The notes under the pieces are model-generated. The model was not told where the DNA came from. It searched no databases and worked only from the letters and a program-made list of their open reading frames with translations. This document shows, piece after piece, positions 9,016-21,476 of a stretch of 64,000 bases of DNA (position 1 is the stretch's first letter; each line of letters opens with the position of its first letter). Made by a program: the position numbers and the translations under genes. Source of the DNA: an uncultured Alphaproteobacteria bacterium (lineage in GTDB: Bacteria; Pseudomonadota; Alphaproteobacteria; Caulobacterales; Caulobacteraceae); assembly GCA_963719975.1 (NCBI GenBank), contig CAVRED010000010.1, positions 9,423 through 73,422 on the forward strand, in the 5' to 3' direction.

Positions 9016-11499
9016 CTAGAACCGCGAATGCCAGGCAGCGAGGAGGCCGAGGTTGGGTGGGATGTCGCGCTGGTTGTTCTCGTCCATGACGCCCAGCGCC
9101 TTGAGCTCGAACTCGCCGATGTGACTGAAGTCGCGCGAGACGCCGAAGCCGAGGTCGAGCTCGCGCCCGGAGGGCGAGGCGCTGAACTGGCGGCGTGTGA
9201 ACTCGACGATCTGGGAATCTAGCGTCGGGATCTGGCCGAGCACGGCGGTGAAGGTCCCGCCCTCGATGCGGGTCGGCTGGCCCACATGGAGGTCGAAGCG
9301 CAGGCAGCCGGGCTGATCCGCCGGACAAAGGGTGCGCGCCGATAGCGCCCACTGGCTGGAGATCGCCGGCTCGCTGAGGCCGAGGAAGAGGCCGTTCGCG
9401 TGCGTGCGCCCCATGCCGGCCTCGGCGGAGAGCATCAGCCTGTCGGTGGGCGTCCAGTCGATGCGGGCGGTCGTGAAAGTGGTCTCAGCGGGCAGGGCGT
9501 AGGTCGAGCCGCGCGGCAGGAACGAGCCGAGCGGCCCCTCGGGCTCGGTAAGCTGGCCGGCGGAGAAGACCAGCGTGAGCGGGCCGCGGCTGAACTTGGC
9601 CTCGGCCATGCCGTAGTGCGATGGCGCGAGATCGGTGAAGCCGTAGAGGGCGTAGGGGCTGCCGCCGCCGGCCTCGGCCGAGATCGTCCATGACGGGGTC
9701 AGGTGCAGGCCGGCGCGCACGGCATGGTCGGGCTGGGACAGCATGGCGAAGGCGTTGTCGCCGGCGCCGAGGCCGGGCGCGGCGGGCATACCGTTCTGGC
9801 CGGTCCAGGCCTGGAAGCTCAGCCGGCCGAGGTCGGCGGTAAGGTTGAGGTCGGCGCGGTGGTCGGCGGCCATGCGCAGGTCGCCACGCCCGCGCAGCGC
9901 AAGCTGGGCAGCGTCGGCGTTGGGCTGGGCGTCGGTGGTGAGGCTGAGCCTGGCCTGGCCGTTCCCGACCACCACCTGGGCCGTGTCCTCGGGCGTTGCG
10001 ACCTCGGCCTGCAGGCTGTGCCGCGGCGCGACGTGGAAGCCAGCGGCCAGGTTGACGGCGAACGGGCGCTGGTACCTGTCGTAGCCCACCGTGGTCAGCG
10101 CGTTGGTGTGCGCGATGGAGTCGCCAAGCGCGGTCGCGACCATCGATCCGGCCATGGGCGAGGGCGTCATCGTCGTGCCGCTCGCCTGCGGGATGCTCAT
10201 CGGACCCTGGGCGGTGAAGGCGGCGTTCAGGTCGATGAGGCCGAAGCCGTATTTGCTGGTGTCAGCGTAGATGCCGCTGTGGTTGGCGGTCGTCTCGAGG
10301 AGGTTCACCGCCGCCTTGCCCGTCAGCGTGGGGAAGGCTTGCATGAGGAGCGCGAGGGCGCCCGCCGCCGTCGGCGCCGAGAAGGAGGTGCCGGAAACGT
10401 TGAAGCAGCTGTTGTTCTGGTCGCAGTCGGTGATGATGTTGGCGCCCGGCGCGACCACAAGCCGCCCGCCGCACTCCCGGCGGGGGCCGAGAAGTTGGCG
10501 AGCTTGTCCTGACGCATCGGTCGCGCCGACCGCCAGCACCGAGCCGGCGTAGCGCGGGTCGATCGCGTACATGGCCGGCCACTCGACGCTGCCGCCGAGT
10601 TGTTGCCGGCGGCGATGGTGAAGACGACTCCGGCGGCCACCGCGCTGGACAGGGCGGTCTCGAAGTTGGTGTCGAGCGGCCCTGGCCCGCCGAGCGACAT
10701 GTTGATGATCCGAGCGCCGTTGCCCGGCGGCATAGGTGATGGCGGATCGCCTCGTCGTCGTCGAGGAAGGAGCAGCCGCTGGACGTCGGGTTTGGGCCGC
10801 AGGAGCCGACGGAATCGGCGCGCACCGACAGGATGGTCGCTTGGTAGGCGACGCCGATGGTGCCGAAGCCGTTGAGCTCGGCGGCGATGGTGTCGGCCAC
10901 CCAGGTGGCGTGCAGGTTGACCCCGTTGGCGTTCGGCCGCCCGGACAGCGGTCGGTGACGACGTCGGTCGACAAGGGCGAGATGTCGTTGTTGGGGATCG
11001 TGAGCTCGGGATTGTCGAGCTGAACCCCAGTGTCGATGACGCCGACCACGATCCCGGCGCCAGAGGCGCCGATCGGCAACTTGCTCGTCGGCGCATAGGC
11101 GGTAGCCGCGTTGATCTGACCGAGCCCGTACTGCGCCTGATACTCAGGACTCGACGCCGTCGGCGGCGGGGCGGGAGGAGTCGGTGTTGGTGTCGGTGTG
11201 GGTGGCGGCGTCGGGGTTGGCGTCGGCGTCGGGGGCGGTGTCGGAGTGGGGGTTGGCGTTGGCGGCGGTGTGGGTGTCGGCGTCGGCGTGGGCGTGGGCG
11301 TCGGCGTCGGCGTGGGTGTCGGCGTCGGAGTTGGCGTGGGTGTCGGCGTGGGTGTCGGCGTCGGCGTGGGCGTGGGTGTTGGTGTCGGCGAAGGACCGCC
11401 GCCTCCGCCGCCGGCGCAGGCGGTCACCGCGATGCCGGACATCAGCGCGAGCGCCAGCGCGCTCGAGCGCGCCCAACGGAACCCCAGCCCTGCGTCCAT
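9016..11499 (-). CDS. S8 subtilisin-family serine peptidase, lipoprotein with Pro-Thr linker and C-terminal beta-barrel-like region (frameshifted)
   Basis: Lipobox AVTAC; triad motifs [24 protein letters not shown] across frames; C-terminal aromatic residue (WHSRF). Confidence 0.88.
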   Translation of the reverse strand: MDAGLGFRWARSSALALALMSGIAVTACAGGGGGGPSPTPTPTPTPTPTPTPTPTPTPTPTPTPTPTPTPTPTPTPTPPPTPTPTPTPPPTPTPTPTPPPTPTPTPTPPAPPPTASSPEYQAQYGLGQINAATAYAPTSKLPIGASGAGIVVGVIDTGVQLDNPELTIPNNDISPLSTDVVTDRCPGGRTPTGSTCTPPGWPTPSPPSSTASAPSASPTKRPSCRCAPIPSAPAAQTRRPAAAPSSTTTRRSAITYAAGQRRSDHQHVARRARAARHQLRDRPVQRGGRRSRLHHRRRQQLGGSVEWPAMYAIDPRYAGSVLAVGATDASGQARQLLGPRRECGGRLVVAPGANIITDCDQNNSCFNVSGTSFSAPTAAGALALLMQAFPTLTGKAAVNLLETTANHSGIYADTSKYGFGLIDLNAAFTAQGPMSIPQASGTTMTPSPMAGSMVATALGDSIAHTNALTTVGYDRYQRPFAVNLAAGFHVAPRHSLQAEVATPEDTAQVVVGNGQARLSLTTDAQPNADAAQLALRGRGDLRMAADHRADLNLTADLGRLSFQAWTGQNGMPAAPGLGAGDNAFAMLSQPDHAVRAGLHLTPSWTISAEAGGGSPYALYGFTDLAPSHYGMAEAKFSRGPLTLVFSAGQLTEPEGPLGSFLPRGSTYALPAETTFTTARIDWTPTDRLMLSAEAGMGRTHANGLFLGLSEPAISSQWALSARTLCPADQPGCLRFDLHVGQPTRIEGGTFTAVLGQIPTLDSQIVEFTRRQFSASPSGRELDLGFGVSRDFSHIGEFELKALGVMDENNQRDIPPNLGLLAAWHSRF
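11177..11390 (-). repeat. Coding (Pro-Thr)n tandem repeat
   Basis: [10 protein letters not shown]...PPPTPTPTP, a degenerate 6-bp unit. Confidence 0.95.
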
Positions 11500-11754
11500 G
11501 GACTCGCTCCCTCGTGCGCTGACTCACGCCGCAGGCGAATCATTATCGTGGCGCGTGAATCGCCTCAACGCGGCTCTCAGCCGTAACGCGAAATGGTGAG
11601 CCAATCGCAAAACGACCGCCAGATGTAGCCGGTTACCGATTGACGGCCAGAGACCGGATCCGCGCGGTTCGGCGGACCCGGTCCCGACAGGCGCGTCCCC
11701 TCGCCGTCCTGCCAGCGGTGGCGACGGTCGCCCTCGAACGTCAGCGGGTCTGCC

Positions 11755-12282
11755 TTAGCCGGCGGCCGGAGGGCCGTCGTGGTCGCCGTCGTGGCCGTGG
11801 CGCATGCCGTGGTCGCCGCCGCGCTCGTGGTCGCCGCGGCCCATCATCCCCATCGGCAGCGCGTCGAACGCCTTCTGCTGATCGGGCGTGAGCGCCGCGT
11901 AGAACGTGCGGATCGCGTCGGCGCGCTTTTGGAACTCGGCCTGACGCCTGGCCATCATGTCGGCCATCTTGTCGAGCCGTTGCGGCGTCGTCAGCTGGGC
12001 CGGGGTCATGCCTTCAGGCCGCCCGTGATGCTCATGGCCCGATGGCGCCATGGCGGCGAGGAAGGCCTGCAGCGCCGGCTGTTGGTCTGGCCGCAGGTTG
12101 AGCAGGGCCTGGAGCCGCTGGGCGTGCTCGGCCTGGCGCTGCTCGCGCCATTGGGCCCGCTGTTCCGCCGTGGGCGGCTGGCGCGGCGCCGCCGTCTGGT
12201 CCTGGCCGAGCGCCACGCAGGCGAACGAGAGAACGGCGGCGCTCGCCGCGAGCGCGGCGGAGGCCTTGAGGATGGTCTTCAT
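11755..12282 (-). CDS. Spy/CpxP (LTXXQ) family periplasmic chaperone
   Basis: Signal peptide; LNLRPDQQ and FYAALTPDQQKAFD motifs. Confidence 0.85.
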   Translation of the reverse strand: MKTILKASAALAASAAVLSFACVALGQDQTAAPRQPPTAEQRAQWREQRQAEHAQRLQALLNLRPDQQPALQAFLAAMAPSGHEHHGRPEGMTPAQLTTPQRLDKMADMMARRQAEFQKRADAIRTFYAALTPDQQKAFDALPMGMMGRGDHERGGDHGMRHGHDGDHDGPPAAG

Positions 12283-12428
12283 GGGTGTCTGGGTTCCCGA
12301 CAAAGGCGCGCGCCCTTTTGAGGGTGAAAACGCGCGCACTGGTTTTGCCCCGGTGTTCGAACGCACCACGGCGAAGGTTCCGTCGGTTCCGTCGTCGGAA
12401 CACTTTGGAAAGCGGCAAGGCCGCTTTC

Positions 12429-12515
12429 GACCACAAAAGGACACAAGGACACGAAGAGGCCGTTATGGTTGCTGCGCCACGGTTCGGCGCGGTGTCCTTC
12501 GTGTCCTTCGTGGTC
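12429..12515. repeat. REP-like inverted repeat
   Basis: GACCACAAAAGGACACAAGGACAC ... GTGTCCTTCGTGTCCTTCGTGGTC. Confidence 0.7.
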
Positions 12516-12555
12516 CAATTCGACGGCGCGGCTTGCGCCGCGCGCGGGAAGACGC

Positions 12556-13270
12556 CTACGAGCGGCGGCGGCGGGCGGCTTCGAGGACTTGCTGGACCTT
12601 GGTCTTCGGCAGGCCCGCGAGGGTGAGGTAGCCGCGGTCGTCGCCGTCCAGCTCGGTGAAGTGTCGGTCTGCGAGCGCCAGGAACTCGGGCTTTTTCACA
12701 AAGCCGCGCATGTCGACGTCGGCGGCCGTGACCGGCTCGGGCGCGGAGAAGAAGCCGAACGGCGCCGCGCCGACGCCGGACACATCGAGCTGAGGGCCCC
12801 TGCCCGCGTTGTTCTCGGACTCGTGGTCGTACATGCCCTCCGGCGTCGCCAGGCGATGTCATGCCCGTGCCGGGACCGGCGACCCCCTGGGCGAGCCACA
12901 GCCTGAACCCGGGCGCGGCGAGCGCGCTGACCGGAACCCGATAGCCGAGGATCTCGGGCGCCACCTTCTGCTCGTAGACCTGGATGTCGAAGGGATCGAG
13001 CACGCCGTGATGGTTCAGGTCCAGCACGTCGAAGAAGGCGCCGGCGTCGGCGACGAACTCGGCGTGGGTGAGCTGGCCGTCGCCCTTCTTGTTGGCCTGG
13101 TGGAACCAGTCGACCACCGGGTAGGGGGCCGACATCGGCGCGCGGAACGGCTGGCCGCAAGGGCTGAAGAAGACGTTGGGCGGCAGCCCCTCCTGCGCCG
13201 CGGCGAAGCGGGGGGCGGCGAGCAGGGCGGCGGCGCCGACGAGGGCGAACTGGCGGCGGGTGGGACGCAT
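12556..13270 (-). CDS. Exported EF-hand-like protein (frameshifted)
   Basis: TRRQF Tat-like leader; NVFFSPCGQPFRA; NKKGDGQLTHAEF, DLNHHGVLD and DGDDRGYLT EF-hand-like loops. Confidence 0.7.
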
Positions 13271-13373
13271 ATCAGGCCACGCGGAACAGGGGAACTGAGC
13301 GGCCGCCATCTTCGCCGCCCGCCCGCGCCGCATGCAACGCCCGCGAGGGCGCGCGAGCGCGCGCTCCCTTCAT

Positions 13374-13470
13374 CGTCATCCCCCGCTGGAGCGAAGCGGA
13401 ATGCGGGGGACCCATGCACACCGGATCCATCACGGTGTCATGGGTGGCCCGAACAAGTCGGGCCATGACG
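13374..13470. repeat. Alphaproteobacterial REP-like element
   Basis: CGTCATCCCCGC...GCGGGGGACCCAT and GTCATGGGTGGCCCGAACAAGTCGGGCCATGACG hairpins. Confidence 0.7.
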
Positions 13471-13490
13471 GTTGAAGTTGGTCGCGTGAG

Positions 13491-14503
13491 CTACTGCCGG
13501 TCCATGACCAGGATCTGGAAGGTGCCGGGCTTGGTGGTGGGGCGCTGGCCGGCCGGGACGGGGAGAATGTACTCGGCGGTCGGCAGGTAGACGCGGCCGG
13601 TCGACGGGATCGACGGCGCCGGTGCGCGTGCCGATCTGGGTGGGGATGGTCGCGACGATGGTGTTGTCGCCCGCCCCCGAGAGCGCGATCACGTTGAGCT
13701 GGCCGTCGAGCGCGGTCGGGATCAGCGCGAGCGCGCGGTTCGGATCGTAGAGCACCGCGTCGGGGAAGCCGCCGATCTTCAGGCTGGCGATCTCCTTGCC
13801 GGTGTCCGCGTCGAGGATCTTGGCCACGCCGCTGCCGCAGGACGACACCAGCCGGTTGCCGACGACGTAGGCGAGACCGGTCGGCCGCTTGCAGTCGGCC
13901 ATCGCGTAGCGCCCGAGCACCTGGCGCTTGGCGAGGTCGATGACGGCGATCTCGCCGGTGCTCTCGACGTTGACGAAGGCCCGGCCCTTGCCGTCGACGG
14001 CGGGGAACTCGAGCGCGTCGCCGACCTTGATCGTCGCTGACGACGCTCTCGGCCTTCGGATCCACCAGCGTGACGATGCCGGCGTCGCCGTTGACCACGA
14101 CGACAAAGCCGGTCGACGGATCGTAGATCGCCCCGTCGGCGTCGGGATCGACGGTCAGCGACTTCATCAGCGTCCCGTCGGCGGCGTTGAGGATCTTGAC
14201 GCTCTTGTCGCCGCTGTTGGTGGTGACCAGCACGTCGGACCCCGGCACCGGGACGACGGCGTGCAGGCGGTCGCCCTGGGCGAAGTTGGCGTTGAGCACG
14301 CCGGTCTTGACGTCCAGCGACAGCACGACCGTCCCGTGCGCGACGTAGACCCGTCCGCGCGCGGCGTCGAAGCTGGCGTAGTCCCAGCCGCCGTCGGGGC
14401 CGGCGATGCGCTGGACCACGGCGAGGCTGGGCGCGGCGGAGGCCGTGGCGAACCCGGCCAGGACCGAGGCGGCGGCGGTGAAGGCAAGCAGCAGGCGTTT
14501 CAT
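13491..14503 (-). CDS. YncE/YVTN-type beta-propeller protein (frameshifted)
   Basis: Signal peptide; GPDGGWDYASFD, DADGAIYDP, GFPDAVLYDP; ends KPGTFQILVMDRQ. Confidence 0.85.
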
Positions 14504-14555
14504 GGGAGTCTCTCCAGTTGAGGTCATTCTAGCGACGTTTTGCGCGGGCGGGCGG

Positions 14556-17500
14556 TCACGTCGTCCTGCCCTCGTCGGCGCGCGGACCGCCGACGAGGCG
14601 GTAGAGCGCCGGCATGGCGATGAGCACCAGCGGCCCCTGGGCCACCAGGCCGGCGATGATGGCGATGGCCAGCGGCCGCTCCATCGAGGCGCCGCCGCCC
14701 AGCGCCAGCGCCAGCGGGGCGAGCGCCAGGATGGCGGCGAGCGTGGTCATGGCGATGGGGCGAAGCCGGTTCACGCCGGCCTGGACCAGGGCGGCGTTCG
14801 GCGCGACGCCCTCGTCCAGCAGCGCCTCGTATTCGGTGAAGTAGAAGATGGCGACCTCGGTGGTGATGCCGACGATCATCGTCATGCCCATCAGCGCCAT
14901 GATGTTGAGCTCGACGCCGGTCAGGAAGAGGCCGATCGCCACCGCCGAGGCGGCGACCAGCGGCATGGCCAGGATCACGCCGGCGACGCGGAAGCGCTCG
15001 TAGATCACCAGCAGCAGGACGAAGACCGCCGCCACCGCGGCGACGAACACCAGGGCAAGGTCGCGGAAGGCGGCCCGCTGTTCGGCGAACAGGCCGCCCA
15101 TCTCGAAGGTGACGCCCGCCGGCAGGAAGCCCGGGCGGGCGACCAGCCGCTCGACCTCCGCCGCCGTCGATCCGACGTCGCGGCCCTCGACCCGGGCGGT
15201 GACGGCATCCATGAGGCGCATGTTCTCGCGATCGATCTCGGCCTGGCCGTTGACGATCCGGATCGTCGCGATGCGCGAGATCGGGAAGGCGTGGCCGTCG
15301 GCCGGAGACTTCAGCATGAGCCCGCCGATCTGGTCCACCCGCGCGCGCGTCCCGGCCGGGGTCCAGACGCGGACGTTGACCAGGTTGACGCCCGACTGGA
15401 CCTGGGTCGCGACGGCGCCGGAGAGCAGATCGTCGATCTGCTTGGAGGCCTCGCCGGCGTCGATGCCCTCGAGCTCGGCGCGCACGGGGTCGACCTCGAC
15501 GGTCGAGGCCGTCGCCGGCGATGACGACGCCGCTCTTCACCTCCGTCACGCCGCGGACGTGCTGGATGGCCGCCGCGACCTGCGCCGCCGGCGCGGTTCG
15601 CCAGCGCCGGCGTCGTTGGCGTAGAGCTTGACCTCGATCGGTTGCGGGACGGCCGTGAGGTCGCCGATCAGGTCCTCCATCAGCTGCGCCGTCTCGATCT
15701 GAAGGCCCGGGACCTGGGCTTGCACCTGGCCGGCGATGTCGTTCATCACCGCGTCGATCGGCCGGCGCCCGCCGCGCTTGAGCCAGATGAAGAGGTCGCC
15801 GGTGTTCGGCTCGGTCAGGCCGCCGCCGAGCTGGGTCCCGGTGCGCCTGGAATAGGTGGCGACGTCGGGCGTGGCGCGCACGATCGCCTCGACCTGGCGG
15901 ACCAGGCGATCGGTCTCGGTCAGCGACATGCCGGGCGGAGCGACGTAGTCGAGGACGAAGCCGCCTTCGTCGATCCTGGGGATGAAGCCCGTACCCACGT
16001 TCAGGAAGCAGACCAGGCCGAGCGCGGCCAGGACGGCGACGGCGCCCATCGTCAGGGCGGGCCTGGCGACGCTGGCCTCGAGCAGGCGGCGGTAGCGCGA
16101 GAGGAAGCGCCCCTTCTCATCGAGCGCGGCGACGGTCTCGCGACGGCTGACCAGCTGCTCGACCAGGATCGGCACCAGCCACCAGGCGACAAGGAAGGAG
16201 AGCGCGAGCGAGACGGCCATGGTGATCGACAGCGCCTTGAAGAAGGCGCCGGTCACCCCGGTGAGGAAGGCGAGCGGGACGAAGATGACCGTCGTCGCCG
16301 CCGACGACCCGGCGAGCGGGCGCATGAATTCGGAGACCGCGCGCTCGATGCCCAGTCGGCCGCGCACGCGTCTCGTCGGCCAGCCGCCGCTCGATGTGCT
16401 CGATCATCACGATGGCGTCGTCGATGATGAGGCCGATCGCGGCGGCCATGCCGCCGAGGGTCATGATGTTGTAGCTCTGCCCGATCAGCTTCAGCACCAG
16501 CGTGGCCGCGGCCAGCACGACCGGCACGGCGACCACGGCGGCCAGCGTCACCCGCCAGTTGCGCAGGAAGACCAGCAGCACGAGCGCCGCCAGCACCACG
16601 CCGATGACGATGGCGTTGCGCAGCGCCGCGGCGGAATCGAGGATCAGGTCGCTCTGGTCGTACCAGGCCTTGACCTGCATGTCGGCCGGGCCCTGGCCGC
16701 GCATGCGCTCGAAGGCGGCGCGCACCTGGCGGGCGATCTCGACCGTGTTGCCGCCGGGCTGCTGGTAGACGTTGACCAGCACCGCGTCGCGGCCGTCGGC
16801 GGAGACCCGGATCCACTGCGGCTCGGGCGCGGCGGTCACCGTGGCGACGTCGCCGACGCGGACGACGGTCCCGTTCACGGTCTTGACCACCACGTTCTCG
16901 ATCTGCCGCGGCTCGGTCAGGCGGGACTGGGTGAGGACGAGCAGGAGCTTGCCCTCGTCCTCGACCCGGCCGGAGGCGCTGAGCGCATTGGCGCCGGCGA
17001 CGGCGGCGGCGACATCGGCGATGGAGAGGCCGTTCGCCCAGAGCTTCGCCGGGTCGGCCTCGATGCGGTACTCGCCCGGCGCGCCGCCCTGGCTCTGCAC
17101 GCGGGCGACGCCGTCGATGGTCGAGAGCACCGGCGCGAGGGTGAGGTCGGCGAAGCGGCGAAGCTCGACCGGCGTCGCCCGCGCCGAGGTCAGGCTGTAG
17201 GCGGCGACCGGGTCGACGGTCGGGATCCTGGCGGCGCACGTCGAAGGCGACGCCGGCCGGCAGCGTCTGCTGGGCGGCGGCCAGCGCCGACTGCACGCGC
17301 TGCAGCGCCAGGTCCATGTCGGAGCCCCAGCCGAAGTTGATCGAGATCTCGACCGAACCGCGGCTGGTGGTCGAGCGCAGGTCGCGGACGCCGGGGATGG
17401 CGCGGATGGCCTGCTCGACCGGGCGGGTGATCACCGCCTCGGTCTGGTCGGCGGGACGATCGCCCGCGTCGACGGTGACCGCGATGCGCGGGAAGTGCAC

Positions 17501-17617
17501 GTCGGGGAACAGGCTGACCGGCATCAGGAAGGCGCTGACGAGCCCGCCGACGACCAAGAGGCCGATCAGGGTGAGGAGCGAGCGCCGGCGCTTGGAGGCG
17601 AACGCGGCGAGGTTCAT
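14556..17617 (-). CDS. RND efflux permease, CusA/CzcA/AcrB-like (frameshifted)
   Basis: PVSLFPDVHFPRI, STTSRGSVEI, GLIIDDAIVMIEHI, RLRPIAMTTLAAILALAPLAL. Confidence 0.92.
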
Positions 17618-18673
17618 TGCGCGGCGACCTTGACCGCCATGCCGTCCTCGAGCTCGTAGGCGCCCTGGACGGCGACGGCCTGGCCCGCCGCGATCGCTCC
17701 CTTCACCTCGACCTGGTCGCCGTAGTCGTGGCCGACGGTGACGAAGACGCGCCTGGCCTTGCCGCCCTCGACGACGAACACGTGGTCGCCGGTCTCGTCG
17801 AAGACCACCGCCGCGCGCGGAACGGCCAGGCCCTGGTGGGCGCCGGTGACGACGTCCGCCTGCACCGCCGAGCCGATCGGCGGGGCGGCGCCGTTCAGCG
17901 GCGCGACCGCGTCGAGGCTCTTGGTCGCCTGGTCGGCGGCGCGGCCGACCATGGTCAGGCGCGAGGCGATCGGCGCGCCGCCGTTCACCGGGCGGATGGT
18001 CACCGCCTGGCCGACCGCGAAGGATCCGGCGCCCGGCTCGAGCCCGAGCTTGACGCTGACCGCGCCCTCGCGCGCCAGCGACACGCAACGCCGCGTCCTG
18101 GGCGACGTGATCGCCGGGCGCGGCGGCGACGTTGGTCACCACGGAGGCCGCCGGCGCGCGCAGGGTCTGGCTGGCGAGCGCGCCGCCCTGCCGCTGCTCG
18201 GCCGCGAGCCCGGCCTCGGCGTCCGCCAGCGTCTTCTTCGCCGCGATCAGCTGGTCGGTGGCGGCGAGATGGGCGTCGAACAGGCGCTGCACGCGGGCGA
18301 GGTCGCTCGTCGCGGCGCGCTCGGCGTCCGCGGCCTGGCGGTAGGCCATGGCGGCGCCCGGCGCGCTTGCGACCACCACCAGCGGCTGGCCCGCCGCCAC
18401 GGTCTGGCCGCTGCGCACGAGCACGCTGGTGACGATCACCGCCCGCGGCGCGGCGAGGGTCGAGGTGGCCGCCGGATCGGCCTGGACGACGCCATAGACC
18501 GTTGCGACGTCCTGCAGCGCCTCGCTCCGCACCGGCGCGGTGGTGACGAGCGCCGTCGGGCTCACGTCCTGGCTCTGGTCCTCTCGCCGTGGCCGCGGGT
18601 CAGGACCAGGAAGGCGATGCCCGCGACCACCAGCGACGGCCACGAGCGCGGCGATGATGCGGTTGCGGGTCAC
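17614..18673 (-). CDS. RND periplasmic adaptor (MFP; frameshifted)
   Basis: N-terminal TM; lipoyl-like VRSGQTVAAGQPL; VPRAAVVFDETG; GAYELEDGMAV. Confidence 0.88.
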
Positions 18674-20059
18674 GAGGCGGCGCGCCGGCGGGATGAAGAG
18701 GGCGGTCTCGAGCTGGATCTCGGCCATGCGGGCGGCGAGCTCGCGGTCCTCGAGGTCCGCCTCCTTTCCGACGACGGTCTGCACCAGGGCGAGGTAGGCC
18801 TGGCTGTCGAGGTCGCCGCGGGCGAGCGCCGCCGGCGCCGGCGCCAGCATGGCCCGAAGGCGCGGGAGGTCGGCGCCGAGCAGCGGCCGCCTGCGCCCGG
18901 GCGCTGGCGAGCTCGGCCGCGGCCGCCTTCACCTCGGCGTCGGTCTGGTCCAGGCGCGCCTGGTACTCGGCCTTGAGCTCGCGCGCGGGTGGCCTCCTGG
19001 ACGCGCACGTCGCCGCGGCCCCCGTTGAAGATGGGCAGCGCGATCACGGCCGCGAGGCCCAGCGTCGTGGTCGGCGTGGGGTCGCGGGCGTAGGCGAAGG
19101 CGATCTGCGCCAGCGGGAACTGGGCGAGGATCGCCTGGCGCAGCTTGGCGTCCTCGGCGCCGTAGCCGGCCTGCAGGGCCAAGCAGGTCCGGCCGCCGCT
19201 GGGGCAGGCTGGCCAGGTCCTGGGCGAGCGCCGCGTCAGTCGTAGCCGGCCGGCTCGCCGTCGTGGCGGAGCGGGAGCACGACGCCGGCGTCGAGGCCGA
19301 TCAGGGCGTTCAGGTCGCGCCTGGCCTTGGCCGCGTCGTGCTCGGCGGTGGCGAGCGCCGTCTCCGCGTCGAGCTTCGCCGCCGCATCGGTCGCGGCGAC
19401 CTGAGCGGTGACGTCGCCGCGGGCGAGCGCGCGGCCCGAGGCGTCGGCGCGATCGGCGGCGGCCCTGGCGATGTCGCGCAGGAAGGCGGCGCGCGTCTCG
19501 TCGGTCATCACGGTCTCGGCGAGCTGGCGCGCCGCTTGCGCCGTCGTCCACTCCGCCCAGAGCTCGTCGAGGTTGGCCTGCTTGGCGGTGAAGCGCGCGG
19601 CGCGCTCGCTGGCCGCGACCTGCGAGCAGGCCGGCGATGTCGATGGCGGGCGAGATGTCGTAGGCGGTGGCGTGGTCGGGCCCGGCGATCGGGCGGTCGA
19701 AGCCGAGAGGTGATCTGCGGGTCGGGCAGGAGGCCGGCGGCGAACACCTGGGCGGCCGGCACGCCGAGCGCCGCGCGGCGGGCGCGCAGGTCGGGGCTGT
19801 TCAGCACCGCCAGCACCGCGACGTCGAGCGGCGTGAACCCGGCCGCTCGGGTCGATTGTGATCGAGGTCAGCGGCGCGACCCTCAGCCGGCGACGTCGGT
19901 CTTGAGCGCATCGGCGCCGGTCGCGAGGTCGGGGCCGGCCGGCAGCGGCAGGGCCGATAGGTCTCGCAGCCGGCCAGCGCCAGCGCCGAGCCCGCGCAGG
20001 CGGCAAGCGCCGCGACCGCGAAGGGTCCGACGCGGGGTCTGGGCGTCTGGTCCGGGCAT
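18670..20059 (-). CDS. TolC-family outer membrane efflux lipoprotein (frameshifted)
   Basis: Lipobox LALAGC; AVLNSPDLRARR; QAILAQFP; ALPIFNGGRG; position upstream of MFP and RND genes. Confidence 0.85.
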
Positions 20060-20077
20060 CGGCGGGCGGCACAACCC

Positions 20078-21475
20078 CTACGCGCTTGAAGGTGATGGCG
20101 AGCTTTCCGCCACATTGGGAAAGCCCAATGTGCCGGCTCTTGCCGCGTGTGGCGGAAGACGACGCGCACGATAAGGCCCGGGCTCGGCGTCCGACAGGCT
20201 GACGACCGCGCCGTGCAGGCGCGCGACCGCGGCCACCAGCGCCAGCCCGAGGCCGCTGCCCGGCGTCGAGCGGCTGCGCTCGAGGCGATAGAAGCGGTCG
20301 AACACGCGGCGCCGATCCTCGGCCGGCACGCCGGGCCCGTTGTCGGCGACCTGGACGATCACGTCCGCGCCCTCGCGCGCCGTCCGCACGCGCACCGCGG
20401 CCTTCGCGCCGGCATGGCGGAGCGCGTTCTCGACCAGGTTGACCAGCATCTGGGTGAGCAGCTCGCGGTCGCCCTCGACGACGAGCGGCCCGCCGTCCTC
20501 GATGCCGAGCGCCTGGCCGGCGTCCTCGGCCGAGGGGGCGAAGTCGTCGACGACGCCGCGGGCGAGCGCGGTCAGGTCCACCGGCCGGAAGGCCGCGCGG
20601 CGGGCGCCGCTCTCGATCTGGGCGATGCGCAGGAGGGCGGCGAAGGTGTCGAGGATGGCGTCGACGTCCTCGAGCGCGCCGGCCAGCGCCTCGGCGCGAT
20701 CGGCGGGGCGGCGCAGCGTGCGGCTGGCCTCCAGCCGCTGGCGCAGCCGCGTCAGCGGCGTCCTGAGGTCGTGGGCGATGTCGCTCGAGACCTGGCGCAG
20801 GCTCTCCATCAGCGTGGCGATGCGGTCGAGCATGCGGTTGAAGGTGACCGCCAGCCGGTCGAGATCGTCGTCCGATCCGCGCACGGGGATGCGCCGGGCG
20901 AGGTCGCCGTCGATGATCGCCTCGGCCGCGCCGGTCATGGCGGCGAGGCGGCGGTGCACGTCGAAGCTCAGGCCATAGCCGCCGAGGACGCCAAGCACCA
21001 CGACGCCCGCGAACGCCCAGCCGAAGCCCTGCAGCACGGTCTCCTGCAGCGCCTCGCTGCGCTCGTCGTCGTCGCCGACCACCAGCCGATAGCCCTGCGG
21101 CAGGGTGGTCGTCAGCACACGGAGCGACTCGGCCGGGCCTCGCGGCGTCAGCCAGGCGCACGGTCGACCAGCCAAGCGGCGCATGGGCGAGCCGCCAGCG
21201 GCCCGGCCAGCGGCCCGCCCGTCCGGCGCCTGCAGGCCGTAGTCGAGCGCGCCGGGCGTGCGCTCGCGCTCCTCGACGGCCTGCACCACGCCGGTGAGGC
21301 CTTCGGTGTTGAACTCCTGCGCCAGCGCCGACGCTTCGGCGTTGATGCGGGCGTCGAACTGCTGGCGCATGGCGGCGCGCGTGGTGAAGAAGGTGATGGC
21401 GCCCAGGATGACGACCGAGAGCGCAAAGGCCGCGGTGTAGACGGCCGCGAGCCGGGCGCTGGTCGAGCGGAACAC
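20078..21475 (-). CDS. HAMP sensor histidine kinase
   Basis: Two TMs, HAMP, DIAHDLRTPL H-box, NLVENALRH, DNGPG, GSGLGL. Confidence 0.93.
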   Translation of the reverse strand: MFRSTSARLAAVYTAAFALSVVILGAITFFTTRAAMRQQFDARINAEASALAQEFNTEGLTGVVQAVEERERTPGALDYGLQAPDGRAAGRAAGGSPMRRLAGRPCAWLTPRGPAESLRVLTTTLPQGYRLVVGDDDERSEALQETVLQGFGWAFAGVVVLGVLGGYGLSFDVHRRLAAMTGAAEAIIDGDLARRIPVRGSDDDLDRLAVTFNRMLDRIATLMESLRQVSSDIAHDLRTPLTRLRQRLEASRTLRRPADRAEALAGALEDVDAILDTFAALLRIAQIESGARRAAFRPVDLTALARGVVDDFAPSAEDAGQALGIEDGGPLVVEGDRELLTQMLVNLVENALRHAGAKAAVRVRTAREGADVIVQVADNGPGVPAEDRRRVFDRFYRLERSRSTPGSGLGLALVAAVARLHGAVVSLSDAEPGPYRARRLPPHAARAGTLGFPNVAESSPSPSSA

Positions 21476-21476
21476 G

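Noticed and set aside
11198-11599. Gly-Val repeat ORF
   Set aside because: Antisense of the Pro-Thr linker in the S8 peptidase
16253-18850. 865-aa ORF appearing to fuse TolC, MFP and RND
   Set aside because: Artefact of indels linking frames of three overlapping genes; each has its own start and stop
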